64,000 nucleotides of DNA. Source: a virus. A program made the translations under genes and the position numbers. The DNA lies in IMG/VR virus record IMGVR_UViG_3300037424_000906, positions 39,780 through 103,779 of that record; one strand, written 5' to 3'. Shown here one piece after another: positions 8,428 to 18,128 of this stretch. The notes beneath the pieces were generated by a model. That model did not search any database and was not told where the DNA came from. It worked only from the letters and a program-made list of their open reading frames with translations. Position 1 is the first letter of the stretch; each line of letters begins with the position of its first letter.

Positions 8428-8900
8428 GACGCCCACTCCTCGCGCCAGCCGGGACGGTCCGCGTACGGGCGGGCAAGGAGGCGAACGGCTCTACACGCTG
8501 AGCCATCAAGCCAGATGTCACACGCCCTGCAAGCGCGATGGCTCGTGCCAGTGAGCCGGTAGGCCAGGGAAGTCGGCTGCGACGTGAGAGGTGGCACGAT
8601 TTCCATGTCGGGCACGATGTGTAGCTCGTGCATGTCGAGCAGTTCCTGCTTTGCCGTGAGTTCGTCCAGCACTCGCCTTGGGTTCCAGGTGGCGATGTGC
8701 CAAGCGTCGGTAGCTCGTCGGTCTTCATGGTCGGGGCACTGCTCCAATTCGCAGATGAGGTGCCCATCATCGAAGCCGAGCTGCTCGACGCCAACGTGCC
8801 TGGTGCCGTAAGCCGTCCACGGGCCGGGCGTTGCGGCATGGGCGGCTTGCTCGTCGGCGTCCAACTGCTTGCGAAGCCAGGCGATCAGGTCGGCGCTCAT
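8424..8900 (-). CDS. DUF6221-like protein, copy 4
   Basis: AWLRKQLDADEQAAHAATPGPW...HIATWNPRRVL...LLARPYADRPGWREEW. Confidence 0.85.
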   Translation of the reverse strand: MSADLIAWLRKQLDADEQAAHAATPGPWTAYGTRHVGVEQLGFDDGHLICELEQCPDHEDRRATDAWHIATWNPRRVLDELTAKQELLDMHELHIVPDMEIVPPLTSQPTSLAYRLTGTSHRACRACDIWLDGSACRAVRLLARPYADRPGWREEWAS

Positions 8901-8908
8901 TGCATGCG

Positions 8909-9418
8909 TCAAGACAGATCGCCGTCGTCGAAGTCGTCGAAGTCCGACTCTTCGGCGTAATCGAAGAGTTCCCGCTCGACACGGCCAAGGAGCCATCCGG
9001 GATGGTCGCGCATGACGCCGAGGCGGTCCGCGACATACGTCTGACGGTCACCTTCGGCGTTCGCGACCCTGGCAAGGTTTCTCGTGGACTGGCGGGCCCA
9101 CTCGATCAAGTCCCGGTCGGTGGCGTACTCCATCCAGATCCGTTTGCCGTCGCCGAGCGAAAGGATCGCCTCCGGGTGGAACATCCCTGACGGTTTGCCG
9201 GGCTTCGGGTTGCGCTTCTTCGCGAACCCGGTGGCCAAACTCTTGGCGAGCAGGTCAGCCCCGGCGTCACGGACGTGTCCCATGACCGATTCGTCGGCGA
9301 GGCGTGCCCTGATTTCGTCGACGAGGTTCTTGTTGTCGAACCGTCCGGTTACTTGGTCTGTGACGGCTCTTGCGGCTTGGACGACCAGTTCCCGGAGGCG
9401 TGCGTCTGCGGTGCTCAC
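8909..9418 (-). CDS. ParB-associated hypothetical protein
   Basis: GTGA coupled to the ParB-like gene; acidic tail. Confidence 0.75.
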   Translation of the reverse strand: MSTADARLRELVVQAARAVTDQVTGRFDNKNLVDEIRARLADESVMGHVRDAGADLLAKSLATGFAKKRNPKPGKPSGMFHPEAILSLGDGKRIWMEYATDRDLIEWARQSTRNLARVANAEGDRQTYVADRLGVMRDHPGWLLGRVERELFDYAEESDFDDFDDGDLS

Positions 9419-10215
9419 TGAAGTCCGCGTTCCTTCCAGGTGTCGGCCATCTGCTGGAGGGCGGTGATGGCATCGTTGATGACTTCGCGGGTGATGGTCC
9501 GCCCGGGTAGTACCTCGTCGGGGTCGTATTCGGCTGCGGCTGGCGTGTCCCGGGTTTGGGCGAGGGATGGGACGATCTCGCACAGCAGATGTGTCGCAAC
9601 GCGTCGTCGGCGTTTTTCTTCCTCGGCGCGGGCTTTGCGTTCAGCCCACGCGCCAGGCAAGGTCAGTTCGCCTTCGATGACGCGGGTGGCCAGCTCTGGG
9701 TCTTCGGCACGCAGGCGGGCTAGCTGGTTCTCGACGGAGTCGGCAGCAGTCTTGCGCTCGCGGGCGACCTTGTATGCCTCGTCGAGACCGGACGCTCCGG
9801 CAATCACCGCGTCCACTAGGTCCGGAGCATGATCCAGAACCGTTTTCGCGAACGCCACACGGGAATGACTAACGCCTTGGTTTGTTTCAAACCAACGCTG
9901 TGGTTTGCCGGAGACTACGGCGCCTTTTGCTGCCACCATGGCTTGCTGACCCTTGGTCAGGTGCCGCCGAGCGATATTGACCGACAGTGCGTACCCGTCT
10001 GGGTCGTCGCCGTTGTAGGTAGTGAACTCCGGCTCGACCCCGGCCAACTTGCACGCGGCCAGCCTGTTGCGGCCGTCGAGCACCCTGCCCTCACCGTCGA
10101 GGACGACCGCCTGTAGTAGACCGCGCTGCCTGATGTCGGCGGCTAACTCGCGCAGTTCGTCGTCGGCGAGCATCGGGAAGAGGTCGGCGACCGGGTGTAC
10201 ATCGAGCGTGCTCAA
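9415..10215 (-). CDS. ParB/Srx N-terminal domain protein
   Basis: HPVADLFPML...LAADIRQRGLLQ...VLDGRNRLAAC...SVNIARRHLT; GAAAGGA SD with TTG start. Confidence 0.88.
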   Translation of the reverse strand: MSTLDVHPVADLFPMLADDELRELAADIRQRGLLQAVVLDGEGRVLDGRNRLAACKLAGVEPEFTTYNGDDPDGYALSVNIARRHLTKGQQAMVAAKGAVVSGKPQRWFETNQGVSHSRVAFAKTVLDHAPDLVDAVIAGASGLDEAYKVARERKTAADSVENQLARLRAEDPELATRVIEGELTLPGAWAERKARAEEEKRRRRVATHLLCEIVPSLAQTRDTPAAAEYDPDEVLPGRTITREVINDAITALQQMADTWKERGLQ

Positions 10216-10280
10216 GCGAACGTTCCTTTCGGTTGGTTGGGTGGTAGCGGCCGGATCGGCCAAGGCTCCGGGCTGCTGGC

Positions 10281-10517
10281 TCACGCCGATACCTCGCCCG
10301 CCGTGCCGCCGGGCACCTTCCGTTCGGCTTCGACGTGAGCGTCCACATCGGCCCAGGCGTAGCGACACAAGCCGCCGGCGTACGTCCAAGCGGGTCCGAC
10401 GCCTCTGCGTCGCCAGCTTCGCAGCGTGGTCGTCTCGATGTTCAGGTACTCAGCTACCTCGTCAGGTGTGGCCAGCGGTTGCCTCGGCGTCCTGCCGGGT
10501 TTCTCGGATGAGGCCAT
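10281..10517 (-). CDS. MerR/excisionase-like HTH DNA-binding protein
   Basis: ATPDEVAEYLNIETTTLRSWRRRGVGP...RY...DVD. Confidence 0.85.
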   Translation of the reverse strand: MASSEKPGRTPRQPLATPDEVAEYLNIETTTLRSWRRRGVGPAWTYAGGLCRYAWADVDAHVEAERKVPGGTAGEVSA

Positions 10518-10652
10518 GGCGCTCCCTTCGGTGTTTCCGCGTGACCGTGCGGGTTGGTGCGCGATAACGCGTGATGTGGGGCGTGGAAGTGCGTGCTGCC
10601 GCCGTATTTCTTGGTTGCCGTAGCGAAGATCAGCCGTCGCACCAGTTTCATG

Positions 10653-10678
10653 GTACTGACTGATCAATCAGTTAGTAC
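10653..10678. promoter_or_regulatory. Palindromic operator in the divergent region between the terL operon and the virion operon
   Basis: GTACTGACTGAT-CA-ATCAGTTAGTAC, 11/12 arm match; AT-rich. Confidence 0.6.
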
Positions 10679-10707
10679 GGTCACCACCAGGGCGCTACGC
10701 GGCAGGG

Positions 10708-10911
10708 GTGACGGGCATGGTGATCGAAGGCATGCAAGGGCTCGTTGTGCGGCCCGGCGACACCCTGCTCATCGCACTGAACCGCAGGCTCAACGACGAC
10801 GAGTTCGCGGACATGCGAGACCGACTCCGTGGAGAGTGTCCCCAGTTGGACAAGGTCCTCTTCGTTGAGGACGTAGCCGCGCTCGCCGTGTACAGGCCGG
10901 ACGCGTCATGA
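10708..10911 (+). CDS. Small hypothetical protein
   Basis: VVRPGDTLLI motif; ATGA coupling. Confidence 0.65.
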   Translation: MTGMVIEGMQGLVVRPGDTLLIALNRRLNDDEFADMRDRLRGECPQLDKVLFVEDVAALAVYRPDAS

Positions 10912-11165
10912 CGATGGCCGCGCACGCAGCGCCCCGGACCATCCGCAACCCGCTGCCCGCCATGCTCGCCCGCGCGCGAACCGCCGCAGCCAAAGCCAAA
11001 GCCAAAGCCGTCACCCTCCGCTCCGCCAGCCTCCAAATCAGCGGACTCGCCCTGCTGTCCGTATCCGCAGGCCTGCTGTCCATCCCCGCAGGCATCGCAG
11101 CCGCCGGCGTCTCGTGCTTCGTCCTGGAGTTCCTGACGTCCACGCCGCCCGGCAGTCGGCGGTGA
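10908..11165 (+). CDS. Small membrane protein preceding the portal
   Basis: Two hydrophobic segments; GTGA coupled to the portal. Confidence 0.7.
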   Translation: MTMAAHAAPRTIRNPLPAMLARARTAAAKAKAKAVTLRSASLQISGLALLSVSAGLLSIPAGIAAAGVSCFVLEFLTSTPPGSRR

Positions 11166-13213
11166 GGAGCTTGCTCGGCACGATCGTCGACAAAGCACCG
11201 GTACCGCTCGTCTCCCGCAGCGCAGCCCTCACCGGCGGACGCCACGCGTACGCCCCGCGCGGACAGCAAGCTCAACTACGTGCCTACGGGTCCAACGGCA
11301 CCCTGTTCGGGATCGTCAACCGCACCTCGACCGCAACCGCTGCGGTCAACTGGCGGCTGTGGCGCAAAGCCAAAAGCGGCAAGAAAGAAGACCGCACCGA
11401 GGTCACCTCGCACGCGTGCATCGACCTGTGGAACAAGCCCAACGAGTTCTTCACCAACAGGCTCTTCGTCGAAACGGAACAGCAGCACGTCGACTTGACC
11501 GGCGAAGGCTGGATCGTCATCGCCAAGAGCCCGCAGATGAAGAATCTGCCGCTGGAGCTGTGGCCGGTCCCGCCGCACCGGATGCGCCCGGCGGTGTCGC
11601 CGACCGACTACCTGCTCGGCTACATCTACACCTCACCCGACGGCGAAGAAGTACCGCTCGGCAAAGAGGACGTCATCCAGATGCGGATGCCGGACCCCGA
11701 CAACATCTACCGAGGTCTCGGCCCGGTGCAGGCTTTGATGCGGACCCTGGATTCGCAGCGGTACAGCGAGGAATGGAACCGCAACTTCTTCGTCAACGGC
11801 GCTGAGCCCGGCGGCATCATCGAGGTTGAGGAAAGACTCGGAGACGACGAGTTCAACGAGTTCCGCGACCGTTGGGCCGAAGCACACCAGGGCATCGACA
11901 ACGCGCACCGTGTGGCCATCTTGGAAAACAAGATGAAGTGGGTCGACCGCAAATACACCATGCGCGACATGCAGTTCGTCGAGCTGGCCGAGGTCGGCGA
12001 CAACAAACTGTTCGTCGCGTACGGCGTCTCCAAGTCGATGCTCGGCGTCACCGAAAACGTCAACAGGTCAAATGCCGAGTCCGGCAAGGTCATGTTCGCC
12101 GAGTACCTGACGATTCCCAGGCTCGACCGCATCAAGGACATGCTGAACTTCCAGCTCCTGCCGAAGTACGGACCCACCGCCGAAGGCTTGGAGTGGGACT
12201 ACGACGACCCGGTACCGCCGGACGCTGAAGCACGCGACCGCGAGCGGGAGTCGAAAGCCAACGCCACGGCCGCGTACGTGTCGGCTGGGTTCACCGGCGA
12301 GTCCCTGATCAAGCCGCTTGGTCTGCCCGAGGGCATGGTGTGGGAGAAGCCCGAACCCCCGGCACCCGCGTTCGGTGCCGGGCAGCCCGGTGGTGGCAAG
12401 CCAGCTACCAAGCCGGCCGCGCCCGCGCCCAAGCCGAAGTCGGTGCTGGAGCTGTCGTGGCTCAACGCTGCCCCCGCTCCCGAGCCGGTACAGGTCGATG
12501 ATCCGGAACTGCAGCAGGTGCAGGACGACTGGGAGAAGGCGCTCGCCGCGCTCCTGATCGTGTGGGCTGGCATCAGTGCCGCACAGCAGGCGGAGCTACT
12601 CGCCCAGATCACTGCGGCGATTGCTGCTGGCACCGTGGTTGCGCTGGCCGCCTTGGTCGTGTCGACCGCGGCTGCTGCCACGGTCCTTTCGGCGGCGATG
12701 GCTGCGATGGCGTCGACCGCCGCGAAGCAGATGGTTAAGGAAGCTGCCGACCAGGGCAAGAAGCTGCCTGTCCCGAAGGCGTTCCCCGGCCTGAAGCCGG
12801 TCGCTGAGACAGTTGCCGAGCTCCTTGGTCAGGGTCTCGCGCAGGCGGCCGGGCGTGAAGCGGTGCGCGTGTACGCCCCTGGCGTCGCCCCGGAGCAGGT
12901 TGCCGAGCAGGTTGGCGAGCACCTTGCCGGGCTGTCGGATGCGTACCTGCGTGAGCAGCTGGGCGCGGCGATGACGCGGGCGCAGAACGTCGGTCGGCTG
13001 GAGACGGTCAAAGACGTTCCACAAACGATCTACGCAAGTTCAGAAGTTTTAGACCGGGCGACCTGTAAGCCATGCAAAGACATCAATGGAACCGTTTTCG
13101 ACACCTGGCTCGACGCCTGGAAGGCGTATGCCGGCGGCCCCTACCACGCATGCCTCGGACGTAACCGCTGTCGCGGCACCGTCAAGGCCACCTGGAACGA
13201 GGCGGCCGGATGA
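11162..13213 (+). CDS. HK97-type portal fused to a Mu F-like head morphogenesis domain
   Basis: LWNKPN, LTGEGWI, YRGLGPV, NFFVNGAEPGGII, DMQF; C-terminal LDRATCKPC...CLGRNRCRG. Confidence 0.92.
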   Translation: MRSLLGTIVDKAPVPLVSRSAALTGGRHAYAPRGQQAQLRAYGSNGTLFGIVNRTSTATAAVNWRLWRKAKSGKKEDRTEVTSHACIDLWNKPNEFFTNRLFVETEQQHVDLTGEGWIVIAKSPQMKNLPLELWPVPPHRMRPAVSPTDYLLGYIYTSPDGEEVPLGKEDVIQMRMPDPDNIYRGLGPVQALMRTLDSQRYSEEWNRNFFVNGAEPGGIIEVEERLGDDEFNEFRDRWAEAHQGIDNAHRVAILENKMKWVDRKYTMRDMQFVELAEVGDNKLFVAYGVSKSMLGVTENVNRSNAESGKVMFAEYLTIPRLDRIKDMLNFQLLPKYGPTAEGLEWDYDDPVPPDAEARDRERESKANATAAYVSAGFTGESLIKPLGLPEGMVWEKPEPPAPAFGAGQPGGGKPATKPAAPAPKPKSVLELSWLNAAPAPEPVQVDDPELQQVQDDWEKALAALLIVWAGISAAQQAELLAQITAAIAAGTVVALAALVVSTAAAATVLSAAMAAMASTAAKQMVKEAADQGKKLPVPKAFPGLKPVAETVAELLGQGLAQAAGREAVRVYAPGVAPEQVAEQVGEHLAGLSDAYLREQLGAAMTRAQNVGRLETVKDVPQTIYASSEVLDRATCKPCKDINGTVFDTWLDAWKAYAGGPYHACLGRNRCRGTVKATWNEAAG

Positions 13214-15777
13214 ACGCCATGCAGGCGCCGATGACGGGCGCGATGATCGCCCTCGCCCCCAGCATCCAGGACGCAGCCCGGCTCGCTGTTGACGGCGGCG
13301 AATGCCCGACCCAACTGCACACCACCCTCGTCTACCTCGGCGAAGCGGCCGACATCCCGGATGAGGCGCGCGCGCAGATCCTCGACGCGGTCCAGGCGTA
13401 CGCCGAAGGCCGGGCACCTATCGAAGCTGACGGCTTCGCCCTGTCCGTGTTCAACCCCGGCGACGCGACCGACCGCGAAACGTGCATCGCCCTTGGCCTG
13501 TCCGGTGCCGGGCTCGACCCCGCGCATGACGCCATCCTTGCCGCAGTCACCGATGTTGCCGGGCTGGACCTGCCGCCGCAGCACGCGCCCTGGACACCGC
13601 ACACAACCTTGATCCACACCGACGACGTTGCCCAGGTTGCTGCGCTCACCGACAGGGTTGGGCCTGTCACCTTCGACCGGATCCGGGTTGCGTTCGCCGA
13701 CGATGTCGTTGACGTGCTGCTGGGCAAGGTCGTTGACGAGCCTGACGACACGAACCGCACGGAGGCACCCGCAGGCGGCACACCGACGAACGCGGACGTG
13801 ACGGCACCGCGCGCCGAGTACAACCCCGGCCAGCCCCGCGACCACCGCGGCTGGTGGACCGACGGCATGCCCGAGGTAATCGCCTCCGACACGGTGAAAC
13901 TCCTCGGCGGCGACATCACCGTCCAGGGTGTGGCCCGCGACGACGAAGACCACGGCTGGATCCGCATCTCCGACGGCACCTACACCGCGAACGTCGGCGG
14001 CTCGTACGCCACCGCACTCGACCTCCGGATGACCGACCTGCGCGAAGAGATGGACGTTGGGGAAACCCAGCGGGTCATCCAGGGCGAACGTCAGGAAGAC
14101 GGCTCATACCTGTCGGTGCCGCTGTACGCGGTGACGAAAACCGGCCGCGCCCGATACGAACTGAAGATCGCCAACCCCGACGACACCCTCGAAAGCCTCA
14201 CCGAACGCCGTGGTGTGGAAATGACGTACAAGCAGTTCCAGGACGTCGTCGACTCCGCGCAGATGATGTCAGCCGCTCGCCGTGTGAGCACCGACGGTGG
14301 CCCCGTCGACTTCTACCCGGACGGTGACAGCCGTGTGGGTGTGCGGGTCAAGGACGTCCACGGCGATGTCCGCGAAATGTCGTTCAGCGACAAAGAGTGG
14401 GCGAAGATCTCCCACTCCATCGACGTTGTGCGGGTAGGTCAGGACGAGACCGAGCAAGCCCCGGACGATGCCCCGGACGACTGGGATTTCACCCCCGTCT
14501 CCGAGGTCCAGATCCCCACCAGCGTGGGCATGCTCGTTGTTGTCCACGCCGATGATCGGCTGACGATCGCGCCGTTGAGCGGCGACGACTGGCACATCAC
14601 CTGGCCTGCGGACCGCCAGCACCCGATCTGGGAAGCGCTCGACGACGTCGAGACCACCGTCGGCGTCGACAAGCATGCCACCAACACGGCCCGGCTGTTG
14701 CCGATCCGTGCTTTCACCATGCCCTCGGGCGCAGACAGGACAGACATGGGCAGGGCAACTCGTGCCCGTGAAGCACGGATGCGTGCGCGGGCCGACCAGC
14801 AGACGTGGTACCGGATCGAGAACAAGACCAGCCCGGACACGGCGGAGGTCTACCTGTACTCGGAGATCGGGATGTGGGGTGTCTCCGCCGACATGTTCGC
14901 GCGGGAGATGTCCGAGGTCAAAGCCAAAACCATCAACCTGCACATCAACTCCCCAGGTGGGGAGGTCTTCGACGGCGTCGCGATCTACAACACGCTGAAG
15001 AACCACCCCGCCCGCATCGAAGTGAGCATCGACGGCCTTGCCGCGAGCGCGGCCAGTTTCATTGCCTGCGCCGGGGACCGGATCGTCATCATGCGACACG
15101 CGCAGATGATGATCCACGACGCTGCCGGGTTCTGCATGGGCAACGGCAAAGACATGTCGTCCATGGCTGACCTGCTCGAATCGCTGTCCGACACCATCGC
15201 CGACATCTACATGCAGCGCGCCGGCGGCAACATCGCCATGTGGCGTGAGCGCATGCGGGCTGAAACCTGGCTCAACGCCCAGGAAGCCCTAGCGCTGAAG
15301 CTCGTCGACGAGGTTGCCGGAAACCCGCTGGAGCCGGACGCGAAACCGAAGTCGGAATGGGACCTCACCGTGTTCGCGTACGCGGGCCGTGAGCACGCGC
15401 CCGCACCGGTGCTGGTTCCGGTCGCGATGGCCGATGGGCCGACCGACTCCGCGCCCGAGGCCACCGACACCCCCGCCGCCGAAGCTGTTGCCGACGAGAT
15501 GCCCGTAGATGCCCAGGTCGAAGCGGTCACCGAACAGGCCGGTCAGCCTGCGGACGGTGAAGCAACGGCCGAAGTCGAAACCGGCGCATCCGCCGTCGAG
15601 CCGCTCGCTACCGCGCCGACCCCCGAACCCGTGATCGCGCAGGCATCCGCCTGGGCGACGCCCGCATGGCTCGACACCCCCGCCGACCCGTGGCAAAGCC
15701 TCGTCGCCGGACTCACCAACACCGAGCCGTCCACAGCGGACGACCAGCTCGCATCTGCCCAGGAGGCAAACAAGTGA
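13210..15777 (+). CDS. 2H phosphoesterase (Acb1/LigT-like) plus unknown domain plus ClpP-type prohead protease
   Basis: LHTTLVYLG and PHTTL (two HxT motifs); INSPGG, GLAASAASFI, MMIHD, ETWL. Confidence 0.9.
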   Translation: MNAMQAPMTGAMIALAPSIQDAARLAVDGGECPTQLHTTLVYLGEAADIPDEARAQILDAVQAYAEGRAPIEADGFALSVFNPGDATDRETCIALGLSGAGLDPAHDAILAAVTDVAGLDLPPQHAPWTPHTTLIHTDDVAQVAALTDRVGPVTFDRIRVAFADDVVDVLLGKVVDEPDDTNRTEAPAGGTPTNADVTAPRAEYNPGQPRDHRGWWTDGMPEVIASDTVKLLGGDITVQGVARDDEDHGWIRISDGTYTANVGGSYATALDLRMTDLREEMDVGETQRVIQGERQEDGSYLSVPLYAVTKTGRARYELKIANPDDTLESLTERRGVEMTYKQFQDVVDSAQMMSAARRVSTDGGPVDFYPDGDSRVGVRVKDVHGDVREMSFSDKEWAKISHSIDVVRVGQDETEQAPDDAPDDWDFTPVSEVQIPTSVGMLVVVHADDRLTIAPLSGDDWHITWPADRQHPIWEALDDVETTVGVDKHATNTARLLPIRAFTMPSGADRTDMGRATRAREARMRARADQQTWYRIENKTSPDTAEVYLYSEIGMWGVSADMFAREMSEVKAKTINLHINSPGGEVFDGVAIYNTLKNHPARIEVSIDGLAASAASFIACAGDRIVIMRHAQMMIHDAAGFCMGNGKDMSSMADLLESLSDTIADIYMQRAGGNIAMWRERMRAETWLNAQEALALKLVDEVAGNPLEPDAKPKSEWDLTVFAYAGREHAPAPVLVPVAMADGPTDSAPEATDTPAAEAVADEMPVDAQVEAVTEQAGQPADGEATAEVETGASAVEPLATAPTPEPVIAQASAWATPAWLDTPADPWQSLVAGLTNTEPSTADDQLASAQEANK

Positions 15778-17228
15778 AGGGCAACATCGCAATCAGCCCC
15801 GGGCAGCGGCACAAGCTGGCCTGCCTCGGCATCAGCCGCCGCCGCCTCGGCCGGGTCTACAACCGGGCGCTGTCGGTCCCGAGGAACTCGGCAGAGCTCG
15901 CCGAGATGATCGCCGACACGGACCGGGCGAAGGAAATCTTTGCTTCGCCTGAGTCCGCGACCGCGTTCATCACCGACTATGCCGCCGCGCAGCAGGCGCC
16001 GCCCACCGACCTCAGCCGGCAGATCACCGAGGAAGCTCAGCGGGTCGTCGCGCAGATGCTGCGCGACAACGACCAGAAGGACGACAAGGACAGCATCAAG
16101 CGGCTGAACCTTGACCCGCAGCACCGTCCGACCGGCATGTCCAACTCGCACAGGCAGGCGACTCGGTACAACCCGCGCGCGGCCGGTGCACCGCTGGACA
16201 ACATCTTCGGCTCGTTCGAGGACTACGTGCGGGCCACCTGGCACCGGAACAAGTCCGCCGACGCCGTGGAGAAGATCGCGCAGATCCGTAACGCAACCAG
16301 CTCCGTCGTCCCGTCCGAGGGCGGTTTCCTGGTGCCGGAGGTGTTCCGCAGTCAGCTGCTGCAGCTGTCGCTGGAGACGTCGGTGGTCCGGCCCCGGGCA
16401 ACGGTCGTGCCGATGGAAGCACCCCGCGTCCCGTTCCCGATGATCGACTCCACGACGAATGCGGGTTCCGTGTTCGGCGGCATGATCGCCTACTGGGGCG
16501 AGGAGTCCGCGGCATTCACCGAGTCCAGCCCCCGGTTCGGTCGCGCCGTCCTCGACGCCAAGAAGCTGACCGGGTTCGCGTTGGTGCCCAACGAGCTGCT
16601 CCAGGACTCGTTCACGTCGTTCACGGCGCTACTCGAAGGCCTGTGGCCGAAGGCGCTCGCCTTCTTCGAGGACCTCGCGTACATGACCGGCACCGGTGTC
16701 GGCGAACCCCTCGGGTTCATCGGCGCGGGCAACGCCGCGTCCATCGCGATCACGAAGGAAGCGGGCCAGACCGCCAACACGATCAACACCGAGAACGTCA
16801 TCAACATGTACTCGCGGATGTTCCCGGCCAGCCTGAACCAGGCCGTGTGGTACGCGTCGCCGGAAACCCTCGTCCAGCTGTACACCCTGTCCGTCAACGT
16901 CGGCACCGGCGGCGCACCCGTGATGCTGCTGAACATTGCCGGCCCGGGTCCGATGACGATCCTCGGCCGTCCGCTCGTCATCACCGAGAAGGCGTCCCAG
17001 CTGGGTACCCGTGGTGACCTCGTGTTCGCGGATCTCAACTATTACCTCATCGGCGACCGCCAGATGATGTCCATGGATCAGTCGACGGACTATCGGTTCG
17101 CGAACGACCAGACGGCGTACAGGATCTTGCAGCGCGTCGATGGCCGGCCCTGGCTCCAGTCCGCCATCACTCCGGCCAACAGCGGTGACACCTTGTCCGC
17201 TTTTGTCGAGATTGAGACCCGTTCGTGA
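15774..17228 (+). CDS. Major capsid protein, HK97 family
   Basis: AGGAGG SD; EGGFLVPE, W.GE, AKKL...NELLQDS, GTGVGEPLG, ILGRP, RVDG. Confidence 0.93.
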   Translation: MKGNIAISPGQRHKLACLGISRRRLGRVYNRALSVPRNSAELAEMIADTDRAKEIFASPESATAFITDYAAAQQAPPTDLSRQITEEAQRVVAQMLRDNDQKDDKDSIKRLNLDPQHRPTGMSNSHRQATRYNPRAAGAPLDNIFGSFEDYVRATWHRNKSADAVEKIAQIRNATSSVVPSEGGFLVPEVFRSQLLQLSLETSVVRPRATVVPMEAPRVPFPMIDSTTNAGSVFGGMIAYWGEESAAFTESSPRFGRAVLDAKKLTGFALVPNELLQDSFTSFTALLEGLWPKALAFFEDLAYMTGTGVGEPLGFIGAGNAASIAITKEAGQTANTINTENVINMYSRMFPASLNQAVWYASPETLVQLYTLSVNVGTGGAPVMLLNIAGPGPMTILGRPLVITEKASQLGTRGDLVFADLNYYLIGDRQMMSMDQSTDYRFANDQTAYRILQRVDGRPWLQSAITPANSGDTLSAFVEIETRS

Positions 17229-17449
17229 TCACGGCGAAGGTTCTCTGCACGCAGGTCGTCACCTCCGGCGAAGGCGACAGCCGTCAGGCCGGGCTCACGT
17301 TCTCGCCCGACTACGCCGACGGCCGCAACAAGGACTGGTCCCTCGCCACCCCGCACCTGTCGCTGTCCATGACCGTGCGCGGCACCGTCGCGGACAAGTT
17401 CAGCAGCGGCAGGGCGTACGAGCTCCAGTTCGTCGAGGCCACCGACTAG
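17225..17449 (+). CDS. Small conserved phage protein
   Basis: N..W..ATP motif; coupled to the capsid gene. Confidence 0.65.
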   Translation: MITAKVLCTQVVTSGEGDSRQAGLTFSPDYADGRNKDWSLATPHLSLSMTVRGTVADKFSSGRAYELQFVEATD

Positions 17450-17549
17450 CCAACCTGGCGGGCTGCCGCAATCAATCCCGGCAGCCCGCCACCACCCGGG
17501 TCGGCAGTGTCGCCCCGAACCGGACACATGAGACGAAAGAAGGAAAACC

Positions 17550-18056
17550 ATGGCACAGAACGGCCTGGGCGCGGCGTTCAACGTCGGCTCGGTCACGATC
17601 CCCACCGACGCGGTTGCCGGTGCGATCACCGGCGCCCGGATTTCGATGAAGGATGCCGCCTGCTGCTCCTTCGTCGTCGTGACGACGGGCGCCAGCACCG
17701 ACATCACCGACGTGGATCTGCAGGAACACACCGCATCGACGGGTGGCACCTCGCAGGACCTGGACGTCGTCGCCACCTACTACTACAAGTCGGAGACGAC
17801 TCTCGACGGTGACGAGGCCTGGACGAAGGGCACGCAGACCGCCGCGTCGGAGATCACGAACGTGGGTGCGGCATCCGAGGAGCTGCTCCTCGTGGTCGAG
17901 GTTCGGGGAGAGCAGTTGTCCGCCGGCTATGACTACGTGTCTCTCAACGTGCCCGACCTGGGCACGAACGGTACCCGACACGTCGCGATCGTGCCGGTCC
18001 TGACTGGGCTGAAGGTGCAGCGCGCACCCGAGGCTCTGGCCGCCCCCCTGTCCTGA
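17550..18056 (+). CDS. Putative capsid decoration protein
   Basis: AAGGA SD; beta-rich Thr/Ala/Val composition; position after the capsid gene. Confidence 0.6.
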   Translation: MAQNGLGAAFNVGSVTIPTDAVAGAITGARISMKDAACCSFVVVTTGASTDITDVDLQEHTASTGGTSQDLDVVATYYYKSETTLDGDEAWTKGTQTAASEITNVGAASEELLLVVEVRGEQLSAGYDYVSLNVPDLGTNGTRHVAIVPVLTGLKVQRAPEALAAPLS

Positions 18057-18128
18057 CGTAACGGCCGCCCGGCCGACGTGCCGGGCGGTCTCCAACAAGG
18101 GTCTTAAACCCCGAAACGGAGACACCAC

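Noticed and set aside
2700-10700. Actively invertible terL segment
   Set aside because: No inverted repeats found at the boundaries and no invertase; genes at both ends look intact
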